Shown here piece by piece: positions 38,274 through 49,995 of a DNA stretch of 64,000 bases. Within the stretch, counting starts at the first letter, position 1. Each line of letters begins with the position of its first letter. Where the stretch lies: contig JBEWZL010000260.1 of assembly GCA_045837725.1 (NCBI GenBank), positions 310,001 through 374,000 of the forward strand, in the 5' to 3' direction. The notes below the pieces were generated by a model. The model was not told where the DNA came from and searched no databases. It saw only the letters and a program-made list of their open reading frames with translations. The DNA comes from Vermamoeba vermiformis (taxonomy: Eukaryota). The translations under genes and the position numbers were made by a program.

Positions 38274-39735
38274 ATGGCTGAAGAATTCGGCAAATCTGTC
38301 AACGAGTCAGCGCGTAAAAAGAATGGACTAGACCCTAGAAGAGAGTCTACTTTTGACGTGACTACAAGTGAGTTCCTCCGTTATATTTGTTGTCGTGGAA
38401 ATTTCTGACCGAGATCCAGTCAGCGAATCACCGGATGTACCCATGCCGAGCGATTCTGTCCCTTCCAGTCCAGCACCAAGCCCCGCGCCTGTGCTTGGAC
38501 CTAATAACAACAATTCTCCCAAGTCTGAGAAGGAGAAAACGGAGAAGAGGCCAAAACTCTCGCTCCTCTTCGACGAGACCGGCGACGCTTCACGAGCCGC
38601 GAGTTCTTCTGAACAGAAGCAGCCTTCTGACTCTTCTGAGAAGAAGGAACAGACTACAACTCCGGAGCAGCCCAAGGAGAAGTCTGGCGACGTACCTCCA
38701 CCCGGTAAGCAACCCGAGTTAGGCAGCCAGTCTGCAGCTGGTGGTCAGGCTCCGGGGGGCAACAAGACCGGTGGTAGACGCTTTAGAACGCGCAGGGCGC
38801 CAAGCCCTCCTAAACGTGGTGATCAGCCAGGAGATGGTGATCCTTCCTCCAGCGATGACGATGTCGGAAATAACCCCGACGGGGGTTTGAAATTTCAACA
38901 ATATTTCCAAAGCCACGAGCACGACGCTTCGAAGCCAATGATTCGACTTAGTCTCCCAAGCTCCGTAGATGACTTTAAGGGTGATGGCTCTATCACTCTC
39001 GAACCGTGGTTCGACCAAATCTACAGCGCAGCTCAAGCCGCTAATTGGAGCACGGACTACATCTATTACGTGATGAAGAATCGCCTCAGGCCTCCAGCAG
39101 CGGACTTTATAGGCTTGTTCCCGCCTAAAGAGACCGACACTCAAGAGAAACTCGTCGATCGTCTGACGTCACTCTACGGGAAAACTCAGACAGATGTTCT
39201 CGCTCAACACCAGAACATCATTCGTCACCCTCAGCTCCCTGAAGAGAATTTCCGTCAATATCTCAACCGTCAGATGGCAAATTTCCGTACTCTTAACGCA
39301 TCAGACCGATTCTTGCTCTTACGCTTCAGTCTCCGTGACGAGTACAATGAAGAACTGCGACGCAAGGATATCAAAGACTTTGAGAAAGCTTTGGTTACCC
39401 TGATGGATTACGACAAGACTCGTCGTCCCGCACCAGCTCCCGTGACAATTGCAGCTGAAGTGTCTGAACCGTCACTCCCAGTTTCTTCAATCAACGCACT
39501 CTTTGAGCAACGCTACAATCGCTTTAATGAGGTGCTTGATCGCCTTGCTTCACTCGAAGCTAACATGAACAATTTGGCCCGAGTCTCGCAGAGCTCCGCT
39601 CCCGCGAAATGGTGCACGTTCCACAAAGTCAGTTCGCACAACGACAGCGAATGCAAGGCCCAAAAGCAACAGCTCTCTGGCAAGAGGCAAGGTCAAGCGC
39701 AAGAGGCTACTCATAAATACCATGCAAAAAAATAA
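38274..39735 (+). CDS. gag: Gag (predicted join 38274..38367, 38420..39735)
   Basis: FKGDG...WF capsid-like start, QLPEENFRQY, CHHC-type knuckle CTFHKVSSHNDSEC; first ATG joins the main frame only through intron 38368-38419. Confidence 0.85.
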
Positions 39736-42700
39736 TGCAGGTCCGAGTTGACTCGCCTCCGCGACCTAAGCCCTCAGAGTCAGTTAACGCTCAACCGCAC
39801 GTGGACAATGTGGTTGTTCTACCTCCCGCTCCAAACCCACCAACCACTGTTATTTCAGACCCGAATGAAGGTCAGGACGACACTAAAACGCCTGTTTTTG
39901 GTCCTGTGACCGCTAACTCACATGAGGTCATGGCCATGTTCGACACTGGCGCTGGTCGGTCCTGTGTATCTCGCGACTTCCTCAACAAACTAGGCAAAGT
40001 CCGCGTTACTTCATTTCATGGTGATTCACTCTCTGGATTAAATCGCTTCCCACTGAACATCAAGACCGTCGCGTACATCGAGGTCTGTTTCGCTGGTGTT
40101 CGCATTACTTGGCCTTTCGGCATTGTACATAACTCCGCAGTTGATCTTCTCATCGGGAATGATCTCATGGGCAAGGTTAATGCTAATGTTAGCCTCGGCG
40201 GCAGTTATGTGAAGACCAGTCACGGCAAGGTCCGAATCACATATGACAAGAGAGACATTTTCTTCAACCGACAACGAGTTGTGTTAGATCGTGACTTGGA
40301 GTTTAAACCATTCACGGCCTATATCAATCCCATCGCTGTCTCGTTACGACCCGATACTGTAGCTATTATGGTTCCGTCACCTGATCTACAACACGAAACT
40401 TCGATACGAAGCGCGTGTACTATCGACAGTGTCTCTTCTGATGGTCTTATTATGCTGAATTTGGTCAATGGCACGATGTTTCCTATCACTCTCAAGAAAG
40501 GAACCGTTATTGGCGAGCTCAATCCCGTACTCTACAATTCCGTGAATCTCATTTCAACATTGACACCTGTCAATCCGTCACCCGACACCGAGGAGCAATT
40601 TCTCTCTCAATTCTCCTTCGACAGTAGTCTCAGTCCCGAGCAATTGATCCAGATCAAGAAGGTCCTTCTGGATTATCGCGATAGATTTTTGAACAAGATC
40701 CATTCGACTGACGTAATTCAAACTAACGTCAAACATCGCATCATCACCGAACCTCACGCTCATCGTGTCCAGTCTCAGCCTTATGTTTTTGGTCCCACTG
40801 AGCGCAAGATCGAGAGTGACGCTATTGACGAGATGCTTGCGTCAGGCGTCATTGAACCCTCAGCTTCACCTTGGTCCTCACCCGTGGTCTTAGTGCGAAA
40901 GAAAGATGGCTCTATCCGTTTTTGCATTGACTATCGGCGTCTCAACAAGACAACCGTGCGCGACATGTACCCGTTGCCTCGTTTGGACCATACTCTCGAT
41001 TCTCTCTCTGGCATGGTCTGGTTTTCGACCATGGACTGCGTCTCTGGATACTGGCAAATTATGATGCACCCAGACGACGTGGAAAAGACTGCCTTCGTCA
41101 CACACCGCGGTCTTTATCAATTCAAGGTGATGCCCTTTGGCCTCGTAAATGCTCCGATGACATTCCAACGCGCAATGGATATGATCTTGTCAGGACTCAA
41201 GTACGAGATCTGCCTTTGTTATCTCGACGATATCATCGTTTTCTCCCGTACCTGGGAAGAGCATTTGAAGAATTTACGAACTGTCCTCGAGCGTATCAAG
41301 TCGGCAGGAATATACCTTAAACCCACAAAGTGTCAATTCGCGCGAAAATCCATTACATTTTTGGGTCATCAGGTTTCCTCCGATGGCGTCACGATCACGC
41401 ACGAGAAAGTAAAGGCCGTCATGGATTTTCCCACTCCAACGAAGCCCGACGACATACGAGTCTTCCTTGGCTTGGTCAACTTCTACCGTCCCTTCTTGCG
41501 GAATATTGCAAAAATTCAAAAACCGTTAACGGATCTACTTAAGACAAACACGTCTTGGACGTGGAATGCTACAACTCAGTCAGCGTTCGACACAATCAAG
41601 CATATCTTCGCGCACCCGGACCTTCCACCCGGAGTTCTTCCCGGACTTAAAAATTTCACCTTTTGTTAGCTAGCTCAGTATCCTATTGAGCCAATTTAAT
41701 GCCTTTTGGCAAGATAAATCTTTGGGACCTAACAATACTTTCCACAAAAAGTGGCTGAAAAATTCAGTAACAGCTCTTATATATATCTCATTTAACATCG
41801 ACATGTCTCGTTTGAGATGAAAAACGATCGGCAGATTCCTCCCCTTCACCAACACATTTGGTTGACCTGATATTTGTCAGGAGTGATCTCCATGATATTT
41901 ACTTAGATTTGAAGGGGAAGTTCATTTTGTTAATTGGAGGTTGCCATTGGAAGTGGTACACAATTTTTTTTTTCTTCCTGCACCTTTCCAAGAGCCAAAT
42001 CAATGTTACTTCAACATATATTTGATAGTAATAAGACCTCCATTATTCAAATGACAAGTTTGGCACTCTGCAAAAAAGCTGAAGGCTGTTGCCAAAAATT
42101 TATAAAAAATGTGTCAAACATGTTCTAACTTCCAAAATATATTTCAATAGCTCTGTTGGAGGGGCAAGTACCTCTAGTATAGAGGATTGTATATCTGCAA
42201 AATCTCAAGCAGGGCATCAGCTGTAATGCAGGTAGCCATTGTTTAGTACGATGTCTTTTTGAAATTGAACAAAATATAAATACCAATTTTCTCTTCATTA
42301 CAGCCAGTTAAAAAATAAACTTCCGGTTTAAAACAAGGACCATTCAACATAGAAATGTTCCACCAAAGATCTCTGAAAAAGATATCATTGGCATGAGGCG
42401 ATCCACTGCCGACCTCAAAAATGGCCAACTTTGATAAATTGTAATTTTCTCCCTTCTATTGCTAGCTTCCTTATTGAAACAAAGCTGTATCTTGTTCCTT
42501 ATGTATCAATATGTTTGAGGTGAAAAAGGTTTGGCCTAGCTACCTGAGTAAAGGTAGGGTAGCCAAAAGTCACTCTGGGAGGAAGTCCGGGTGGAAGGTC
42601 CGGGTGCACGAAGATATCCTTACGTCTAAACCCGTTCTTGGTTTACCTGACTACAACCAACCCTTCATTCTCGCAACCGATGCTTCTGGTACAGGAATAG

Positions 42701-44790
42701 GCGCTGTACTATCGCAAGCCAACATCTCCGGTCCTCCCGAACGAGTTATTAGCTATTATTCAAGGTCCCTCTCTCCCGCTGAACGCAACTACTCAATCAC
42801 CGAGTTAGAGGCATTGGCAATGGTCAAAGCCATAGAGCACTATCGCCCGTACCTTTTCGGTCGAAAGTTCACTGTGGTCACTGATCATTAAGCGCTTGTT
42901 TATTTGCACACGAATAGACAGCCTACTGGTCGTTTAGCCCGCTGGCAAGCCGCGCTGATGGACTATGACTATGACGTCGTGTTTCGAGCAGGATCTAAGC
43001 ACACCAACGCTGACGCTCTCTCGCGTTATCCAGTTGCAGCACTCGCGTCTACAACGACTACACCATGGCCTTGGACACGTGAACAACTCATAAAGGCTCA
43101 AGATGAAGACCCTTCGATCAACTATATCAAGGACTTCATCGTACATAAGACCTTTCCGAGAGACCATCTTCAACGATTCTATACGCTTATGTATAAGCGT
43201 GAATGGCTAGTTGACGACAATATCTTGTATCGCCTTTTCGACAACCCCGTGACCCAATCGACAATTCGACAGCTAGTAGTCCCTGAGCCTCTACGCAAGC
43301 TCGTACTTGAGCACTCGCATGATGGTCTACTAGGTGGTCACTACGGCTTTAACAAGATGTTCTATCGAGTACGACAAGACTTCTATTGGCCCAGCATGGC
43401 AGATGACATACGTCAGTACGTCCAGACGTGTGAATCTTGCAATGCGCGAAAGCTCTCACTCGACAAACAAATCGGAGATCTACAACCGTTTCAGTCTCAC
43501 GAACCGTTCGACATTATTGGTGTTGATCTCGTAGGTCCTCTTCCTAAGACCCGCGAAGGATACCAGTATATTCTCGTCGTACAAGATCTGTTCTCGAAGT
43601 GGGTAGAAGCCTTTCCGATACGCACGAAAACTGCAAAAGAAGTCGCTGACGTCTTAGTAAGCGAAATAATCTGCCGTTTTGGTTCACCTCGACAGATTCT
43701 CTCAGACAACGGAAAAGAGTTTCTCAACGAACTTCTCTCCGCGATCTGTGACATCGTTGGATCCGTCAAGATCTTCACTGCGCCTTATCGACCTCAAACC
43801 GACGGACAAGTAGAGAGATTCAATAAGACACTGGTCAATACGCTCTCTCACTTCACCAACGAAAAAGCAACGACTTGGAATTCCTTTATTCCGTTTGCTT
43901 GTTTTGCTTATCGAATCACACGTCAAACGTCAACTCACGCGTCACCTTTTGAAATCCTCTTCGGAAGAATTGCGCGATCCCCGCTACTTAATGGAATTCT
44001 ACAACCCAACGATCTCAACATTGACCCAAACTCTTATGCTCATGAGATCTCGAAACAATTCCTGACCGCGTACGACATTGTTCGACGACATATCAAGGAC
44101 TCTCAAGAATCCATGGCCCATAATTACAACTTGCAACGTAGAGACTTTAGCTACGGAGTTGGTGATATGGTCTGGATGCAAGTTCAAAAACGAAGACACA
44201 AGTTCGCACCAAAGTGGAAAGGTCCGTTTATTATTATCCGTAAAAACAGTGATCTTAGCTACGTCATTCGCGAGCTCAACTCGCGTAAGAAGCGAACTGT
44301 CAACGTCAATCAAATCAAGCCCTTTGTTTCACGTCATGAATATTCCGATGAAATTCCCGAAAAAAATTCAACAGAATCGGAACAACCTGCTCCAAGTCCT
44401 AGTTCTGAGCTTGTTGAATCGTCATCTCAAGACCTCTCGCATGACCTCACACCTATCCCTTCAATTCCCGCTCCTTCAGTTCCAGCATCCGCTCCATCTA
44501 CATCTCGACGAACGGATCGCTCAAAGTCAATTCTACAAGTGTTAGCAGAGACTCTTATTGATCTGCGTCGCCGCTTTGAAGAATTGCCTACTTACCCACT
44601 TCCTGCGCTCAAGAATCAACTACGTGATCTCCTTGGTCCTGGATCTGTTTTTCTACGCTCCAGTACTCTTAACCGTAGTTTCAACACGCGCATCTCTCAG
44701 CTCGACACGCGTGTAAAAGCTCTTTCGCTTTTACAGCAGATCACCACGAATTTCAACACGGAGTTCGCGGTAGAGATAAACGGCAAGTAG
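39735..44790 (+). pseudogene. pol: Pol (PR-RT-RNaseH-IN), interrupted by an insertion and a nonsense codon
   Basis: FDTGA, RFCIDYR, MPFGL, YLDD, TDAS, HHCC zinc finger, D-D-E core, WKGPF; insertion 41606-42613; TAA at 42889-42891 in TDH*AL. Confidence 0.95.
41606..42613. mobile_element. Non-autonomous TIR element nested in pol
   Basis: TIR CTTCG(C/T)GCACCCGGACCTTCCACCCGGA; flanked by ATAT on both sides (or TA if the TIR is 1 nt longer); removal restores AAG CAT ATC CTT ACG (KHILT). Confidence 0.93.
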
Positions 44791-44800
44791 CTTTCTCTCA

Positions 44801-44811
44801 GAGGGGGGAAA
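44801..44811 (+). promoter_or_regulatory. Polypurine tract
   Basis: GAGGGGGGAAA immediately before the 3' LTR. Confidence 0.9.
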
Positions 44812-44998
44812 TGTAATATAACGGTGAGATCTACGCTCCTTTCGCCGTTATCTCCGTCCCAGAAATTCTTTCCTATTTTAGGCAACTTTATGTGAATCGG
44901 ATCCGCCATAAATAGCGTTCCGAAATCTTGTATTATCGACACACTTGTAGTAAATAAATCAACACACGTCATTATAACAAAGTAAGACTTTTATTACA
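44812..44998 (+). repeat. 3' LTR
   Basis: Direct repeat of 38051-38237. Confidence 0.98.
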
Positions 44999-46611
44999 GT
45001 ACCTTGATTCTTTCGAGAAGTGTCAATTTGACTTTGATCCGATTCGTTACAAATTCCATCTCTTTCGCCCAATCAGTTTCGTTATTCAACAATACTCTAA
45101 ATACTCGTTCTAATTCATTGGTGATATCTCCGCGCCATTTTCGCTCTTCTGATTTGTTTAAATCCCTGGGACTGTAACGCCTGTCGTTATCGCTGGTGGA
45201 ATACGAAGCATCGCTTCGCTCAATTGTTGGGAACATAAAAGCAAACTCCGCAGTGGGTACTCCGAATAAGCCAAGCCATCTCTTGATTGGCCGCACATTC
45301 TGGTCTGTCCAAGGATGGATCTGGTCCCAATCATCTACATCCGCAGTGATGCTCAAAGTCTTTGTCGTTGAACTATTGAGGCTCTTCAATGAAAACTCGT
45401 ACTCAAGGTTTCGCCAGCTCTCCTGCTCATCGTGATCGTAGCCCGTAATGTCGTGACACTTGGCTTGGACGTAATGGCCCTCGGATCCGAACCAGAAAAA
45501 ACGACATTTTCTCTATCCAAACGTAAGCTATAGCTACGTAATGTATACAACATACGATCTATATTAGAAATAGCGCCATCTGTACCGTCATTATACCTGC
45601 CAACCTCAGATTCCCAACCTGCACGAGTCAGATCGCAATTCGAAATTTAGAAGAGAAATTACCTGTGTAGACTAGTGATTTACAATGCTGTTCGACCAAA
45701 GTACGAATCTTTTTATCCATTTTTTTCTTCTTGTTGTCCACCAAACAAACGATCATGTTCGATAGCTTTTAAACGTGTGGACAGATCCAAAAGTGAACTG
45801 AAGTCTCTTGCCTTTGCCGCAACGATAGCACGCTCCAGTAGTACGTAAATATCTTTATAATGGATTAGTTAAAGAATACGAGGTCAAGATACACGTACCC
45901 ATGTTCGAGTAAATTCTTTTCACTTGGTTGGGGAAAGAAAATGCCTTCGATAAAGGAAGCCCTATAATTCCGATTAATGCGGACTATATTTTCAATGTTA
46001 TTTACCTAAATCCGTTGAGATTTTACGGTATAAAAGGCCGCAATAAATTCTCCTCCAGTTCTTGAAACAAAAAATAATGGGACTGCGGATTCCAAGGGGA
46101 CGGCCTTCAATATAACCTCTAGGCATTCAATTGGGATATCTGAGATATTTATTAAAATTTCTGTCGTAGATCCGTGGGCAACTTTTTGTTTTTTATTTTG
46201 GCGCTCTTCTAAATCCTCTCTGATTCTTTTCCTGCTTATTTTTCCCTGCGAAAATAGAAAGAGGTTAGTATTTAGCCAATTGCAGGCAAATCGTGCCAGG
46301 TTTACAAACCCTTGATGACATCGTTTCCTTTGTCAGACCTGGCTTCGGTTTGAGTCGTGTTCTTGGGTTGAGTAATGCTGAATGATGAAGCAACGCTGTT
46401 TTATGCTTTGTTTGCGCAATTTTTTTCCAGGAATTGTTTTTGTGATCCAAGGCCTAATGACACGTGTCATTCCGCCGATTTCGTCTATTGTGGATTATTT
46501 CGCCAACCAGTTTAGCTAGCTTATTAAGGCCGTTATCCTCGGAACGTCCAAGTAAATAGAACTAAAATTTAAATCGGATCTCAAAAAAAATTGCGGAAAA
46601 ACTTTTTATCA

Positions 46612-49600
46612 TTATTGCTGGTTTGCTTGCATTTCTTTTAACCTGCGCCGTTCTTGATTAGCTTTGTATCTTTCGTCTTTAGCCTTGAGATTCGCTTCAC
46701 GCTTTTGTCGTGCGATTTCGCGGTTTAATTCTCTTTCTTCGGGCGATCTATTAATCTTGTTCCAATGGACCGAGTATTTCTTGAATTTCCTAGAACTTTG
46801 ATAAACTGCTAATAAGTTCTTGTATTCTACTTCAGTGACTCGTTCCTTGATAAACTTGAAAAATTTGTTGTTCGGATCCAACATCTTAATTCGCATGTCT
46901 TGCTTGGCTTGCTAAATAAGGCAATAAAGTTAGAATACTATGATTATATATTGCTCTACGTACTGATAATGTGTAACCGAATCCTTCGCCAACTAATCTA
47001 TTATACACGAAGAAAAAGCTTCGCCAACTGTTGTCCGCAGAAAAAATAGCACCGTTGAAATTTCGCGATTCCGGAGTGATCTCCGAGTTCCTCGCAATAA
47101 TTTCCTCGTTACTTTGCTGTGGCTCCTGATGTTGCTTAGCCTCCGAGGTCGGAGCGTTATCATTTTCGTTTTCGTCGTTGGCGTCGTCCAGCATCCACAC
47201 CTCGTCAAAATCTTCCTTATCAAAAACCTCGCCGTAATTACGTTGCAATTGCTCTTGCTCTTTTAATTCTTCTTCAGCAAGTCTAGCTTTATCAGCCTCC
47301 GCTTGTTTTTGACTGCTGAATTGAATGACCGGTCCACCAGTTTGTCGATCAAAAGCTGTCGGCAAGTTATCCAAATCGATGCCTTTTTGTTGAATAATTT
47401 GTCGCTCAGTCAATGTGAAATATTTGTTCAGATTCTTAGGTGGCAATGAATCCCTGTAAAAAAAAGAGTCGTTAGCTCCAGACTTGGGAGACAAAATATG
47501 ACCAAAAATTCTAGAAAGCGAAATCTTTGTAAATATTTATCGCAATGATCGCGTGATTTGATATTGTCACGTGACACTGCCGTCTTCAATAAACTATGGG
47601 GGCAAACTTACCAGGCAGCCACAGAGCGCGAGTCGCTGTACTCTTTCAAGTAATGACGGATCAATTCAGCGATGACAATAACGTCCGATCGATCGAAATT
47701 GACACCACGTGATAGCGGATTGAGCGTTTCCATCCTAAGAAAAAAACGTTTCTTAGAAAAATTGAAATAAAATAAGTTCGCAGGGTTCTAATAATTACCT
47801 TTTCCTCCTATCTTTCTCAAAATTTTGTTTCAGTTCTGAAATTTCAAGAATTTCTTTCCGCGTGATCATTTTCTCTTCAGTGTCGAGCGGCAATTTTTGT
47901 GCGTCAATTTCGTCCCACAATTCTAACGCCTTTGCAGGTCGTTTCATCAACAACGCAGCCTTAATCATCAAATTATAGGTATGTGCATCAGGTCGTTGAT
48001 CTTCTGGCAGTTTTTTCATCGGTTCAAACACAAACTCCCGCATTCTTTGAAACGTGTGTCGTGCTTCACTTCGTTTGACATATTGAGCCAGACCAATCAT
48101 TTGCTCGCACCTCTTTTTCGTTACTTCGCTGCCGTACTCCAGCATTTCTTTCCAAGAAAACAACGCCTGGTATTCTTCGTTAGTTTTTTTTTGACGCGAA
48201 AAAGTCGAGTCGATATTTGCACTTACAGCGTTATAGAATCCACGTTGAGATTGCATAGTAATCAATTCCATCCATACAGTTGAAGGAATCTTCGCCTTTC
48301 CTAATAAGGAAATATCGTGTTAAAATCATTTGCTCGCTCAAATTGGGATCCGTTGTTTGGATCCGTTGTAACTTACGTTTTTTCAATGAATGCACAAACT
48401 CTTCTACGTATTTAACATCAGGCAATGAGCGAATGACGCTAAGGTAGATCTCATCCATGTACTTGAAATTTCTCGTTTCAGCCATTTTCACGACATCGTT
48501 CACGACGTCCATTGGCGGACGAACATTTCTGAAGGACAAAAAGATTGCTTTCCAGACCTTGACTTCTTCTTTCTCCGTTACGGATCCAGGGTGCTTTAAG
48601 AGGACGTCTAACAAGTTAATCGCCTATTGTCAATAATTAGGACCATGAACTGTGATTTAATTTTCGTGGATCGGATCTACCTTGAAAGTATCGCCGTTTA
48701 AACAGTGCATGAAGATCAAATTGTAAATAATATCGATATTATAGTCTGAGAGTTGAATTTTATCGACGAGAACTGCTGCCAAGTCCTTTTTGCCAGCAGC
48801 CGCATAACCCCTGATGACGACCAAAAATTAGCAAAGTCACAAGCTTCTACGGATCTATTTAAGCCATAATACGACAAGAGATGTCAATGATAATAACATA
48901 TATTAATATGAACGTACCTGGCCATTAAGGAGTAGGTCAGCGGTGTCGGCTTTATACCCTTGCTGAACATCTCTTGGAAAGTCATATTCATGAACTCGTA
49001 TTTTTGTTGGTACAATCCGAGTCTTAGTACTTCATAATACAAACTCTCCGTAATAGTAATTCCTAATTAGGAAATATTAGAACAGATCTCTTGCCGATAT
49101 TCAAGCCATACCAATCCTTTCTAATTGTTGCAAAAGCTCTAATACGTGATCCATACGTCCACGCCATAAAAATATTTTTAATAGCACTAATGCTGCTTCT
49201 TTTCGCGCCAATTTTCTTTGCTTAATGGCCAGGTCGGCGAGTTCAATAATTTCCTTGTCATATTTTACATTCCTATATATTATATTATTAATATGGTCCA
49301 TAATATTTAGCGTACTATTGACGTACTCTACTTCAATCTCGCCGAGTTTGGTTAATAATTTCATTAGATGCACTTTCATCGTGGTTTCACTCAACAGCTC
49401 GATGAATAATTTCTTAATAACATCAAATTGCTTTGATTGAGAACATAATTCGACGAGTCGGGCCTGTGTAGCTATAATACAAGGTTTTATTAACGAGTTA
49501 TTAAAAAGATCAGATCCGAACATTTTTGTATCAAGTAATTAATTATTTTAATGGCGGGTATTATTTTAGTATATGATATTTATACTGTCTAAAAGAATTA

Positions 49601-49877
49601 ATATTATATTTTGAATTTTTGTAAATTATTTTCATTCCGTGATCTTACTTGGTGAAGACAACGTCAACAAATCAGTCTGCTCGTCGGTTAATAAATTAAC
49701 TGGCTTATTATCCTTTGATTTTTCCGGTGATGAAGCATCAGCTCTCGCAGATTTGACTTTTGTCGTGTAACTTCTCGACTGTAGAACGCGAGATCGGACT
49801 GCAAATAGCGTGCCATGTGTAGTTGTCCTCGCTTTAGTAACAACAGCGCTACAGCGCCTAAGTAGCGAGGATAACAT
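46612..49877 (-). CDS. Mitochondrial pentatricopeptide-repeat (PPR) protein
   Basis: Presequence MLSSLLRRCSA; PPR-like motifs GIKPTPLTYSLMARGY and RPDAHTYNLMIKAALLMKRPAKALELWDEI. Confidence 0.75.
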
Positions 49878-49995
49878 CTGTTGTTTTCAGATCCAAACAA
49901 TTAATTTTATGAAAACGATTACTCGAATGTAGAAGGCGGAATAAATTGAAATTGTAATGTTTTATATTGAATCGGTTATATACAAATAAATATTT

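Larger units (their letters stand above)
38051..44998 (+). mobile_element. Full-length Ty3/Gypsy LTR retrotransposon
   Basis: Two 187-bp TG...CA LTRs, 4-bp TSD GTAC (38047-38050, 44999-45002), PBS, PPT, order gag-PR-RT-RH-IN. Confidence 0.98.
36372..46321 (-). pseudogene. F-box protein gene with frameshifts, split by two TE insertions (3' end uncertain)
   Basis: MSSR|GKISRKRIRE...ISDIPIECLEVILKAVPLESAVPLFFVS(shift)NWRR; second shift in A7 run near 45720; exon series resumes across the retroelement (RIK|QVKFSSDLAK). Confidence 0.6.

Noticed and set aside
41670-42428. Short ORFs inside the nested TIR element as a transposase remnant
   Set aside because: No DDE or HTH motifs recognisable; stops in all frames.
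22612-42891. Stop-codon reassignment to explain in-frame TAG/TGA/TAA
   Set aside because: All three codons terminate intact genes here, and the in-frame stops co-occur with frameshifts or insertions in decaying loci.
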